From Anthoceros angustus (taxonomy: Eukaryota; Plantae; Anthocerotophyta): a stretch of 64,000 nt of DNA. Positions 1 to 11,155 of this stretch are shown in pieces. The stretch covers positions 496,001-560,000 of the forward strand of contig VJWM01000134.1 of the NCBI GenBank assembly GCA_010909165.1, read 5' to 3'. The translations under genes and the position numbers were made by a program. Below the pieces are notes generated by a model that saw only the letters and a program-made list of their open reading frames with translations, had not been told where the DNA came from and searched no databases. Position 1 is the stretch's first letter. Every line of letters begins with the position of its first letter.

Positions 1-3000
1 TTGGTGTTGCCGCCCTTGCCTGGTCTCCACCTCAAAGGTGAACTCCTGTAGCAACAGAATCCACCTCGCAATTCGTCCGGACAAGTCTGCCTTGTTCACC
101 AAATGCTTGAGCGCGAAGTGATCGACATAGAACACAAACTCATTGGGCAGAAGGTAATGCCTGAATTTCTTAACTGCGTATACCATCGCCTCTCGCTCGT
201 GTAGTGTACCGTTCAGCATCGTGGTGTCTTCCGTAGTAGATTGGATGGTCCCTCGCTTATCGTCCTTTTGGTGACACCACTCCAATGGCAAAAGGCATCC
301 ACATACATGGAATCGCTTTCCCGGTCGGACCTTTCGTCTTGGGGCAGCGATCGGTAGGAGGTCTCAGATGCCGCCTCCCTCTACAGTGTCCAGGTCCACT
401 CCTCCTTCTTCAGTACCTCCGTTAGCTTGGCGGCCCGCTTTGCAAAGTCTGGATGGCGCCTGTAGTAACCCACCATGCCGGGAACCCCGCTCCTTCAAAT
501 TCGTGAGTGAGGTTTGGATGACCTTCACCTTGTCTTGGTCACTTCTATCCTCGCGACACGATGTCCAACAAGATTCCTCGTCATGCGAGTAGCATTTCTC
601 GGATGCGAGCCTGATTGGGTCTCCTTACAGCGTTCCAAACACTTCATAAGTGTCCAACGTGCTTTTCCTCTTCCCGTGCATAAAGTCGTCCGAGGAATAC
701 CTCCATGAAGTCCCTTAGGAAGTCACGAAGACATTGGTCACCATCCGCATGAATCCGGTGCTCTGTCATCCCGAACTTCATGGCGAGCGTTCCCCACTCC
801 GTGGTGAGCGTTGTCTTATCCCGATCCGACTCCGTAGGTGCGGTTAGTTGTAAGATGTCAGTCAAAAGGAGTAAGTACTTCGTCCTGCCACCTTGTCCAG
901 TATGTCATCTACGAAGGGCATGGGAAAGTGGTCCTTCTCGGTAGCGGCGTTGAGTTTTCTCCAATCCTGACAGACGCGAATCTGGCCTTGTTGTTTCTTG
1001 GGCACGACTACGATCGGTGCTACCCACTCACTGTTCACGATCGGGAAGATGATGTCCGCCTCCAAATATTTGTCCAGGACCTCTTTGACCTTCAGCGAGT
1101 GTTTGGGATTTAGCTTATCTTGGATCCGAGCACTCCGCTTCGGTCTATCGGTGTCCCTTGTTTGAATGCCTTTCATATCCGTGACCTTGAAAGCGAACAC
1201 CTCGCTGAATTCCCCCAACAACTGTGTGAGGTCTCGTTTCAACTCTGCCGGCATACCCTTGCGAATTTTAGGAATTTCCACAGGCGGACCTCCACGTCTT
1301 CCACATCGTCGGGATTGGCCAGTCTCCCTTTCTCTTCTTTGGCCTCGTCGAGCCGTCATCCTCCACCGAGGTTCATCTTCACGCATTCCCCACTCTCGGG
1401 AAGTTCGTAGTGAGCAGGTCACTTCCTCGTTCCGCCTCTTCATCCTCTTGGACCCTCCTCTTCGCCGCCCTCGGCTCTTGTTACATTAGCCACCGGAAGC
1501 AATCGGCGACCTCCTCGTCCACCACCTCGCTCCAAGGCGTCCCTCGGTAATCCATCTCCTCCTCCGAACCACGTGATTTTGGGGAAAGGGTAGCATCCGT
1601 GTCTTCCCTTTCATCATCGTCTATCCTCGGCCGGTGTACCCCTCGATGGTGCTCACGGTTTCCCCGGTATGTCCTTACTGCTCCAAGTGGCGCCTCTTCC
1701 TTCTCTTACCTTCGGATCCCAATCCACGGGTTTAAAGTGGATTTCCTTCTCACCAGTGTAACCGTGAGCAAGTCCAAGCCACGGGCTAGCGATGTTCGTA
1801 CCCTAGAGGCCCCGTGGCTTTGATGACCACAAAGTCCAGCGTGTACGGTGCTCCTGAGATATTAGCTTGTACTGCGAGCAATTCCCCTGCAGGCGCACGT
1901 CTCGACATGTCCGCCATCCTTAGGGTCTTGGTGGAGTGTTGAGGTTGGTAAACCCAGTGCGGTGGCCTCCGTAATGAGGTTAACCCCCGATCCCGTATCC
2001 AGGGGTACGTTCTTGACCACGCATCCTGCGATCTCCACCTGAACCACCGGTACTCCTGGGTCCATGTGGGATACCACTCTTACCTCCACCTGATTACTTT
2101 TACGGGCGGAGCTTTGTCGTGGTTGCGTTCTCTCGATGGCCGTCGGACCTCTGCGGTACCGGGTTGTCTCTCAACAAGCGAGACTAGATCTTTGTTGGTT
2201 CATCATCAGGTCCGCCACTTTGAATGGTGTGGGGACTTACGGCAACGCATATCTGCGTTCTCCGGGTTCTTACTTCCTCGCGTTGGCGGACCACCTCGGA
2301 TCTGTCGGTTCTTCTTGAAGCATCTCCGTTACCTCCGAACCATCCGTGAGCGGGGTGGTGACACAGGTGGCCTGCCCCTCTGTTACCATCTCGGGGCCTC
2401 AGGTAACTCCTTTGGGTTACTCGATCCAACTCGTTCCCCTTAACTAACTCTCCCTCCTTCACAGGAACACCTTCCTCCGTGTCCGTTGTACTCTCCCCAT
2501 TCTTCTTTCTTTTCAACTGCCGCCTTTCCTTCCGTTCTTTCCTGCGGCTCCGGGTTGACACCTCCAGCACCTCCGGGGTCTCCTCCTTCCCCTTGGCAGT
2601 AATCGCTTCTTGCCACTCCGTTCCGAGTTCCCTTGGTGTCTCCTCCCACTCCGCCATCTGTGCATCTTCAATGCAGCAGCCTTGCCAGGAAGGGAGGCGT
2701 CGGTGGTTGGCTCCCCGGGGTGGCGTGGCCCGTCCTCGGCGGGGTTTGGACCACAGTCTTGCAGCATGTGCCCGCCCTTTGCAATCTCCACTGGCGTTGA
2801 AATCCCGTTACCTTGCCTGGTGGGGTATGGACAGGCATTGGAATAGTGCCCGGGGTTTCCACAGTTCCAGTAGACCACCGCCGCCCGAAGAATTCCCGGC
2901 GGTCCTCCCATTCGGGGTTGCATCGGAGGGCGGTGTATGGATGGACCTCCCGGCGCTGGATACATCGTTTTCGGGTATCGGCGGCCCCGGGGTGCTTCTT

Positions 3001-3957
3001 GCACCTGGTAAGCATCCTCCCACTGCTCCTCAGACTCCTCCTCATAGTCGTACTCTACCTGGTTCACGGGTCTGGAGGGGCAATTCGCCTTCGAGTGCCC
3101 ATGCTGGTGGCACACCGCACACCATAAATGAGTCCTGACCGTGGTGGCCACCTTTCGCCGTTCACGATCTTTCACTTGATTGATCGTTAACTCCTCCACC
3201 TTCTTTATGACTCTCTCCAGGTCTTCCCTCAAACCAGCTACCTCTTTCAAGGCGGGGTCGAGGCCTCACTTACCAGGAGCTAGTATCATAACCTCCTTCT
3301 TCTCGCGCCTCCGTTTCACCCGGTCTTCTTCTTGGTTTGCGGCGGTTCCTCCGCCTCGTGGAGCTTGGTTCCACTTGAAATCTCCTCCTCTTCCTCCAGT
3401 GGCCTCGGTTCTTCCTCCTCCTCTAGGCTCTTCATCTTGATTCGATTCCGCCTCTTCTTCTTCTTCTTTCCTCCACAGGTTGTTCTCGTCCTGTTGGTGC
3501 ATCGATTCTTCGTAGTTCTCCGCCGCGCCTTACTCACATCCTTTTACAACGCACATGCTTAGCCATTGGCTTAGGTAGGCGGTGAACCCACCCGCTTGCA
3601 TCGTGGTGTGAGTGGGGTGCCGATCCCGAAGGGCATAGAACCGCTCGATGTACGATCAGCTTCTCCGTCTTGCCCGCTTTGATTCTCAAGCTTGGGCGGG
3701 GCGTAGCCTTCTGATCGATTCGCGAATCTTTCCAAGAAGGCATCCTTGATGCTTGAAGGTAGCGAGGGCGTTGGGTGGCGGTACTTTCTTGAGCCATTCC
3801 CGTTCCCGAGGACCCCACAGAGCAATTTGGATGGCATGCATCCTCCTTCTCCGTTGAAGTTCGCTCGGGATACGAAATCCTCCACAAAGGTTTCCGCATC
3901 CCGTTCCTTCTTTCCCCCAAAGAGGGAGTAGGCTTGCTTTGTCGTTGTTGTTGCCAT
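1..3957 (-). mobile_element. Ty3/gypsy LTR retrotransposon gag-pol (frameshifted; runs off the window start)
   Basis: Gag start MATTTTKQAYSLFGGKKERDAETFVEDF (~3957); two CCHC knuckles CAVCHQHGHSKANC and CWNCGNPGHYSNAC (ORF 2513-3250); protease LDTGS (1862-2089); RT motifs SEWVAPIVVVPKK, RVCQDWRKLN, DHFPMPFVDDIL (644-1443); RNase H VKKFRHYLLPNEFVFYVDHFALKHL at 1-300. Order PR-RT-RH is gypsy. Confidence 0.93.
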
Positions 3958-4185
3958 CGTTATGCGGTGAGGTGAGGACCGCTCCTCTTCGCCACGACAG
4001 GCTGCTTCCTCCTCACGATCCGACAACTCCACCGCGCTTACCCGTTGGCTGGTGTTCTCGCCTCGAGCTCGTCGTCTCTCACGTGCCTGCGCTCGGGGCC
4101 TGGCGATCCTGCGTCAAACTCTCTCGGCAATTGTCCTTAACTACCTCACGTCCTCCACGCATCCACGCTTGCTCTGGGCGATTTC

Positions 4186-4202
4186 ATTCCCGACAGGCGC
4201 CA
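4186..4202 (-). promoter_or_regulatory. Primer-binding site, tRNA-Asp-like (TGGCGCCTGTCGGGAAT)
   Basis: Lies 3 nt inside the LTR end (...AGTCACA-TTT-TGGCGCC). Matches plant tRNA-Asp 3' complement TGGCGCCGTTGCCGGG with a 2-nt deletion and one substitution; tRNA identity is inferred. Confidence 0.7.
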
Positions 4203-4205
4203 AAA

Positions 4206-5039
4206 TGTGACTTTCGGCTGACAACCCGGCCGTAGCGCACAATCCGTGTCGTTGTAGGAAGAGTCCGTTCCCAAGGGAATGATAGGCTCCGTTTGCAGCG
4301 TTTGGGCGATTCTTACTTCACTGCGTCAGATTCGGGTCTCAAGCACACATTCATCGATTCGCATCTAACTACCATAGCGTTCACCGCAGGCCGGTGTGGC
4401 CAAGCGTTTAGGACCGTTCGCGTCCGTGTCGTTCACGTTAAATCGCACCTCTAGTCCGTTCTTCTCTCCACTCACGCTACACTCCGTCTTAGGAAAAGCA
4501 GGGGCTACCAGGACCTCCTCTCGTTGCGGGCCTCTCCGTCCGGCTCTACCGCCCTCCGGGTCCCTCGGCTCCTGCGTTCGTCCGTTCGTGGGCGGCTGCT
4601 GGGCGAACACGGGTCCCGATCACCCTTCCTGCACACACCACCACACGTTAGGGTCCGTCACGGGAACCTTGATCGGTGGGTCTCTCCCTTTCGCGGTGAC
4701 TCGGGACTCACGTTAGCAAGAAGGCACAAGTGCACGCAGCAGCATCAACACCAGAGAAGATACTTTAGCGACCTCGGCCCTCTTATACTACGCGAAGGTC
4801 GGCGCCTTTATTACACCCTATTCGGTGGCCGGCTCGATGCGCCCTAATCGGCCTACCATCCTATTCCTCCCCTCCTATCTCCCTTAGTCGGCGGTGGGAA
4901 GGTCCGGGTTCCGCCTCGGGATTGGTGGTCCAATCTCCACGATTCTGGCGCACCCAATCGGATGATCGCGGGGGCGGACCCCTTCCTCTTCCGGAATCCG
5001 GGTTGGGCTCTACCGGCGTGATCGGCGACGGTTACCACA
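4206..5039 (-). mobile_element. Gypsy LTR (~834 bp)
   Basis: Minus-strand termini TGTGGTAAC...AAGTCACA (TGTG/CACA), PBS on one side and polypurine tract on the other; TATAAG and AATAAA motifs near 4785-4810 on minus strand. Confidence 0.75.
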
Positions 5040-5045
5040 GCGTCG

Positions 5046-5055
5046 TTCCCCCCCC
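5046..5055 (-). promoter_or_regulatory. Polypurine tract (GGGGGGGGAA) of the upstream gypsy element
   Basis: G-run 6 nt before the TG of the LTR at 5039. Confidence 0.55.
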
Positions 5056-5799
5056 AGTGGGTCCGGTGGGGCCACCATTGTCCTCCCCAGCGTAAGTCGG
5101 AGGGACTCCTCCTTCTGAGTCGGACCTCGGGGGGTCTCGACTCGGTCGGAACTTGGGAGTCTTCTTCCTGAGTCGGTCTGCTGGGTCGGTCTCATCTGGG
5201 GTTCGGACCTCGAGGTCAGAACTTATTCTGGGTCTCAAGCTCCGGACCCCTTACTGCGGACCTCTTCTTGCTGGTCCTCATCCCTTCCACCGACCCTTGT
5301 CTTGGGTCGGTTTGGCTCCTCCTTCCTCCCCCTTCAAGGCCCGCCTCTATCTTCCGGCGGGTTGCGGACTTACCACAGGATTCGTTGTATTGGCGCGTCA
5401 CGCTCCTCGATGCTCTTCTCGCTACCGTCGTCTCCAAGCAGGGGCCACTAGTCCCGTCTTGTCCCCATGCCCTTCATCCCCTTGAGCCTTCCAGTCCGTC
5501 TATTTGCGGTGCGGAGGCTGCCTAAGGAGCTCGGCGTGGAGCAAGTAGAATCAACTTGGTGCCTCTTCCGTGTGCCGGAGCACCGATACTCCCGCCGCCA
5601 TAGGTGTTCGGGAGGCGTCTTTGCGGCTTGTTGGACCACCTCCCGAGGTTTGGCCGGTGGGCCAGCCGTATCACGCGAGGCTACAAGGCCTCGGTCACCT
5701 CTGCGCGCGTTGCTCACTTTGCTCCGGCTCGTCGTTTCCGCTCATGCTAGCTTACCGCCATAGCGCGCTCCCCTTCCGCCTTTCTCAGCGGACCAACGT

Positions 5800-7863
5800 C
5801 CGTTGCTCTCCTCCGTTCATTACGGTTAACTCGCCATCTCCTCTCCGAGGCGGTCGGGCAACTGCCCGTGCGGGCCTCCCAGTCCTTCTCCATTTCGGCG
5901 TCCTGCTCCTGTTCCATGTGCCTTACTTCCTCCGTCCGCAGTGGGCGCTCTATTTCTCGTTCGTGATCCGATCACGCCTGCAACCATTCCTCTCAATGGT
6001 AACTTGGGCTGCGACTCGAGTCTCCTGCGGTCTTCCATCTCCTGCGTGGCTCCACCTCACGCGGCGGGCAGATCCTCCATCTCCTTGCGTGCTTCCTCCT
6101 CCTCGGCATGTGGCCCGTGCACTCCGCCGCCTCCTGCTCCTTCTTGAGTTAGCGGCTATCCGTCTCCCTCCCCTCCACGGTTCCGATCACGATAGTGATC
6201 CGGTCGGTCTTAGCGGCTTCCGCCTCCCTGTTGCCTTCACACGAGCTTCGCCCATTGGCCTGGTCGGTCGGGCCGCCTCCGTCACGAGCCTTCGCTTGGG
6301 CCTCCTCGCCTCCTGCTTCTCCCTCTCACTGCTGCGGAGGTCTTCCGCCCGTGCTTGGGCCTCCATGCTGCTTGTGCTCACCCGGTGAAGGAATTTAGTC
6401 AGTCTGTCGGATGGACGGACTTCCCTCTCGGCCTCCTGCGTTTCCCTTCCTCGATGCGGCCGAGCTTGCCTTCCTCCCCTCACTGGGCCCCTCAGCTGCT
6501 CCACGGAGGAGCACCATACCTCGGGTGGCTTCTACCTCCACAGGTCTTCTCGGCATCCCGAGACCCCAAAGCATCATCCATGGCGGTGGCCGCAGTGTTT
6601 CTTCCACGGCCAGTGAGACCCCACAAAGTCCGTAGTGGGAGGCGGGCATTTCACGGTCCAGGACCTCCATACCTTGATCCAGGAGTAAGTCGGTGGGTTC
6701 TCGGACCTAATCGGGACCCTTAGGTCACGAGTCTTGACTCGGAGCTTCACCCTCCTTAGCCCTCTTGGCCGGTTCCTTATTTGCCCTCTTAGTCACAGGG
6801 CTCGGAGGGGTGGGGCAGCCCTTGCCCTTACATGGGGGCAGGGGCTCCGAGTGCAGGCTGCAGGTGACTCCTCCTGGCGTCCCTTCGCCCTCCTTACCGC
6901 CTCTTGACCTCTTGCCACTCAGTGGGCGGGGTAGCCTGCACCGTCACAGTCTTTGCGTTGGTAAACTCTTGCGCCTCTTGGTTCCCAGTCGGCGAGGCTC
7001 GTGACTGCTTGTGGGTGGCTGGGCAGCGCCAACTCGCTCCGTCGTTCCCTCCTGCTGCGTTGGTTGCTCGGAGGCACGGAGAAGAGGCGGGGATTTCTTC
7101 CCATACTTCCACAGGTGGTGAGGGGTCCGTTCAGACGTATGGAGTCAGGAATCCTCGATCGTCCTCCCGGGTCGTTTGGCCTTAGGGGTCGGCCCCCACC
7201 TCGGGCGCCCTTGCACGCTCCCGCTTGGCGGGGCCTCCGGCCCGAGGCGCCCGCTCGATCTCTCCTCCTTGAGCTCGAAATGTCCCCATACATGGATCGG
7301 TATGGGGGGCCGGCAGTGGCGAGGGCTTCTCGCTCCTCGGCTTGCGGGCCTCTGGTGAAGGCGAAGATAATCCTTCCCGGTCCGCCTCTTCCCAGCGCAT
7401 GCGGGGAATACCAAATTATCACCAAGGTGATCCACCTTGGTGAGCGAGTTCAATGGACAATGATCAGACTGGCCCTTACTCGGTATCGGTCGATATCAAC
7501 CCGGGTTGGTTGTCATTGCGTTCGAGCCTCGGCCCCTTGTTGTTATCTTTCCCGCCGCCTTGAGGGGCTGCGGACTCGCCCCATCTTCCTCCTTTGGGCG
7601 GTTGTAGGCCGCCTCGGGACCTCAAGGTCCATCGCCTAGGATCCTCCGGAGGTTCTTGGACCCGAACCTCCTTGTTGGCCGCCAACATCTTGGCGAACTC
7701 CGGACGGTGACCATCAAGCGTCCGACGACTGGAACACATCCAGTGCCACTCCTCGACTAATTCCCCGCTTCCTCGGCCGGGGCCCAAAGTCAGGATAGCG
7801 CGGGTCACAATGTTGCGCTCTAGGTTCCATGGCTCCCGGACCTCCAGCCTTTTTGGGTGCCAT
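5800..7863 (-). pseudogene. Accessory (extra) ORF of the gypsy element between integrase and 3' LTR, frameshifted; N-terminal conserved segment plus E/R/A-rich coiled-coil-like tail
   Basis: Starts MAPKKAGG (ATG 7863); segments EFAKMLAANKEVRVQEPPEDPRRWTL, (A)TYNRPKEEDG; tail MEAQARAEDLRSSEREKQEARR. The same segments recur in the second copy at 18052-19690. Downstream limit approximate. Confidence 0.55.
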
Positions 7864-8464
7864 CGCCTTCTTCTCCCTTCGTTCTTGGGCTGCTGGCGGA
7901 GTCGGCGCGATCGCCCTCTTCGCCCGCGTTCGTGCTCCAACCCCGACGGTGAGCCCAGCGAAGATGCTGGCGCTCAAAGAGATAGCGCCCGGGTTGCGGG
8001 CGCTGCTGGTATTTGTGCGTGACCCTCCGTCGGCCTTTGGGAAATAGCAGGCGGGCGCCTCTTCCACATCATGGCCCAGTGCATGCATGCTTACTCGACC
8101 GCCTCACCTCGGCGCCCCCGCGCCTTGCCTGGCGCCCGCGCGCGTCCGGGCGTGAATACTGCGGCCCCTGGCACGGTCACGACTGCTGCATGCCGACCTC
8201 CCACTCGGGGCCGTCCGTGGCGCCAAGTCATCCTCACGACTCAACTTCAGTTACTTTCACTGGCGTACTTATCTGTTTTGACCCGGGTGGGGTCCGGACT
8301 TATCCGTTACCGTGGTCGGGCTTCGCCAGTGGTCCGTTGCCCACTCCGGTCGGAGTATACTCGGTCGGGCGCCATCCGTGCTTATTCCTCCTTTTCGCCT
8401 TATTTTACTATTCAACCTACGAAAAAACAAAACCCCGCCCCATTTCCCAAGGGAAGTCCAGTCA

Positions 8465-9447
8465 CATACTCCCCTTCTCATACATTGGCGTCTCTGCCAA
8501 CGCATAAATGCTTTTCACCACGCGTTCACGGGTAGCAGCGATTCTCCATCAAGCGCCGGTGAGCGGACCCATTTGCGTATACACACCACTGGTAGGTCCA
8601 TCCACCGTAGGTGGAGTTTGCGGAAAGTGCATATGGCATCGTGAAAGGGCCAAATCTCCCTCCTTCACATACTCCCGATTCGGGCCTTTGTCATGCCACA
8701 CATTTCCTGATTACACTTGCATTCTTGTTGCGCCTCTTCCCGACCCTCCGTATGTTGGACAAACCCTAGCAATCGCTCCAGTTGGCTTTCCTCCTCAGTT
8801 AGCCGGCCTTCCATCAGGACCCGAAGTGTTGGCACCTCAAATTCGGAGCATAACGGTGAATGCCCAGGGTTAATGTCTGGGCGTTGTTCTGTGTAGTCAC
8901 CTTCTCTGCCGTCCTGAAGGCCCATAGTGCCGATGGTAGCTTGGTATCCCAGTCGTGCGCATAGTTCACCGTAAGCTTATTCAGGATGCGGCAGATAAGC
9001 CCATTGGTCTTCTCTGTCAACCCATTGGCCTTCGGGTTGTATGGGGCCGTCTTGCGATGTGTGATGCCAAAATAGTCCGTCATTGCAGTGATCACATCAT
9101 TGAGGAAATGAGTTCCCAGCCGCTCCTGTTGCAGCGGACACCCGTGCACGTGATGATGTTCTCATAAAGGAACTTTGCCGTGTTTTGCAGTCCGTTCTTG
9201 TTGCCAGCTTCTACCCACAGTGCGATGATCGTTGCCACCAAATGTACCTCTTGCGTGTGTAGGTAGATGTATAGGTCCAGGTGAAGTCGATCTGTTTCTC
9301 AAATGGTGCTAGTGCGTATATGGGCACCAGCATTGTGTTGTGGGGAGTCGGCTACGTCCCGTGATGTCACATCTCTTCCTGAAATTGTGTGTTTCCCATA
9401 CATGGTGGCCACCAAATGTGTGTAGTCCTAAATTTGCAGGCCCTTTC
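8465..9447 (-). mobile_element. Gypsy integrase remnant, copy 1 (N-terminal HH part missing)
   Basis: THFLNDVITAMTDYFGITHRKTAPYNPKANGLTEKTN, HDWDTKLPSALWAFRTAEK, WWP..CD..Q zinc-finger remnant, GPY C-terminal segment. Confidence 0.85.
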
Positions 9448-10209
9448 TGATCAGCCAATCAAGTCCTTCTCTGTGGGCAGTGTTTGAACGGCAATGATTT
9501 TGTGATATACTGCTGTATTGTCGTCTTTGGATACATCTATACCTTAAAAATTCCTCTCTCGGCGTCACGAATATAATGGTGTTGAATCTCAATATGCTTC
9601 GTGCGCATGAAAACGAGGATTAGCGACAAGAGCAATGGGCGACATATTGTCACAATTAACCTTTATTGGCCCTTCACCTTCATATCCAAATCTTCACATA
9701 GCTTTCTTCCCATTCGGCCTCTTTCGTGGCTTGGTGAGTGCTTTGTACTCGATTACATTGAAAGTGATATTGCAGCTTGTTTTCTACAAGACCAATTAAC
9801 AATAGTGGAGCCGAGAAAGCAATATCTTTGAGATACTTTTTTGGGTGTCGTGTCGAAGCCCAATGTGCATCGACAAAGCATGTCGATGGGTGCATGCTTC
9901 TTTAGCTAGAAGCGAGAGGCCATAATTTGGAGTACCCGACCTCCACTGTGGCCGCCCACGTGGCGCCGTCCGCCCTCACGACTCAACTTCCATTTCCGCG
10001 ATTTATTGACCCGAGTGGGGTCCGGACTTATCCTTACACGCGTAGTCCCGGAGCTCGCCATAGTGGTACCGGGTGCTGCCCACTCCGAGTCCGAGTATAC
10101 TGAGTCCCCGAGCGCCATCCGTGCTTATTCCTCCTTTCCGCCTTTATTTTACTATTCCAACCTACCAAAAACAAAACCCACTTAATTCCTACCCCCAAGG
10201 GAAGTCCAT

Positions 10210-11155
10210 AGTCCACATACTCCTTCTCATCACACTGCTGATATACTTTCACCCGCCACCACTCACCTTGGGAGGGCAGCTTCCATCCATCCAACGGAGT
10301 AACGGACCCATTTGCGTACACCTGCACCACCTGGTAAGGTCCCATCCACCGTAGGTGGAGCTTGCCCCGTAAAGTGCATGTGGCGATCCGTAAAGAAGGG
10401 CCAAATCTCCCTCCTTCACATACTCCCGATTCTCGAGGCCTGTCATGCCAAGCAGTCGATCTCGCATCAGTTGCATTCTACTGCTGCGCCTCCCGACCCT
10501 CCGTGCTGGACAAACCCTAGCAATCGCTCCAGCTTGGCTTTCCTCCTCGCCGGCCCATCAAGACCAAGTGTTGGCACTAATTCGACCGGCATAACCGGTG
10601 AATGCCCATAGGTTAAGCGGCATGCATTGGTAGTCAGTCTCAAGGCCCATAGAAGCGATGGTAGCTTGGCATCCCAATGCGCAGTAGTTCAGCACCGTAA
10701 GCTTATTCAGGATGCGATAAGCCCATTGGTCTTCTCTCACAACCCATTGGCCTTGGGTTGTATGGGGCCCGCGATGTGATGCCAAAATAGCTATTGCAAG
10801 CACATCAGTTGAGGAAATGAGTTCCCCCTATCGCTCACTGCAGACACCCATGCAAGCGTGATGATGTTCTCATAAAGGAACTTGCCACTGTGGTTTTAGT
10901 CCGCTCTTGTTGCCACCGCTTCTACCCACCTAGTGCGAGTCCGTTGCCACCAAATGTACCTCTGGCGTGTGCTTCGTCATCGTATAGGTCCGATTAAGTC
11001 GATATTTTCCTCAAATGGTGCTTAGTGCGATATGGGCACCAACGCCATTGTGTTGTGGAGTTGGCTTCCGATCCACGACAAGCATCACATCTCTTCACAA
11101 TTGTGTTTCCCATACATGGGGCCACCAAATGTGATAGTCTAGGCCGCAAAATGTA
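10210..11155 (-). mobile_element. Gypsy integrase remnant, copy 2
   Basis: IVKRCDAC, GPYQVVQVYANGSV and sequence parallel to copy 1. Confidence 0.85.

Noticed and set aside
5570-6388. 272-aa plus-strand ORF (also 7001-7639, 8013-8507, 16024-16647)
   Set aside because: GC-rich antisense shadows of retroelement sequence with no recognisable motifs.
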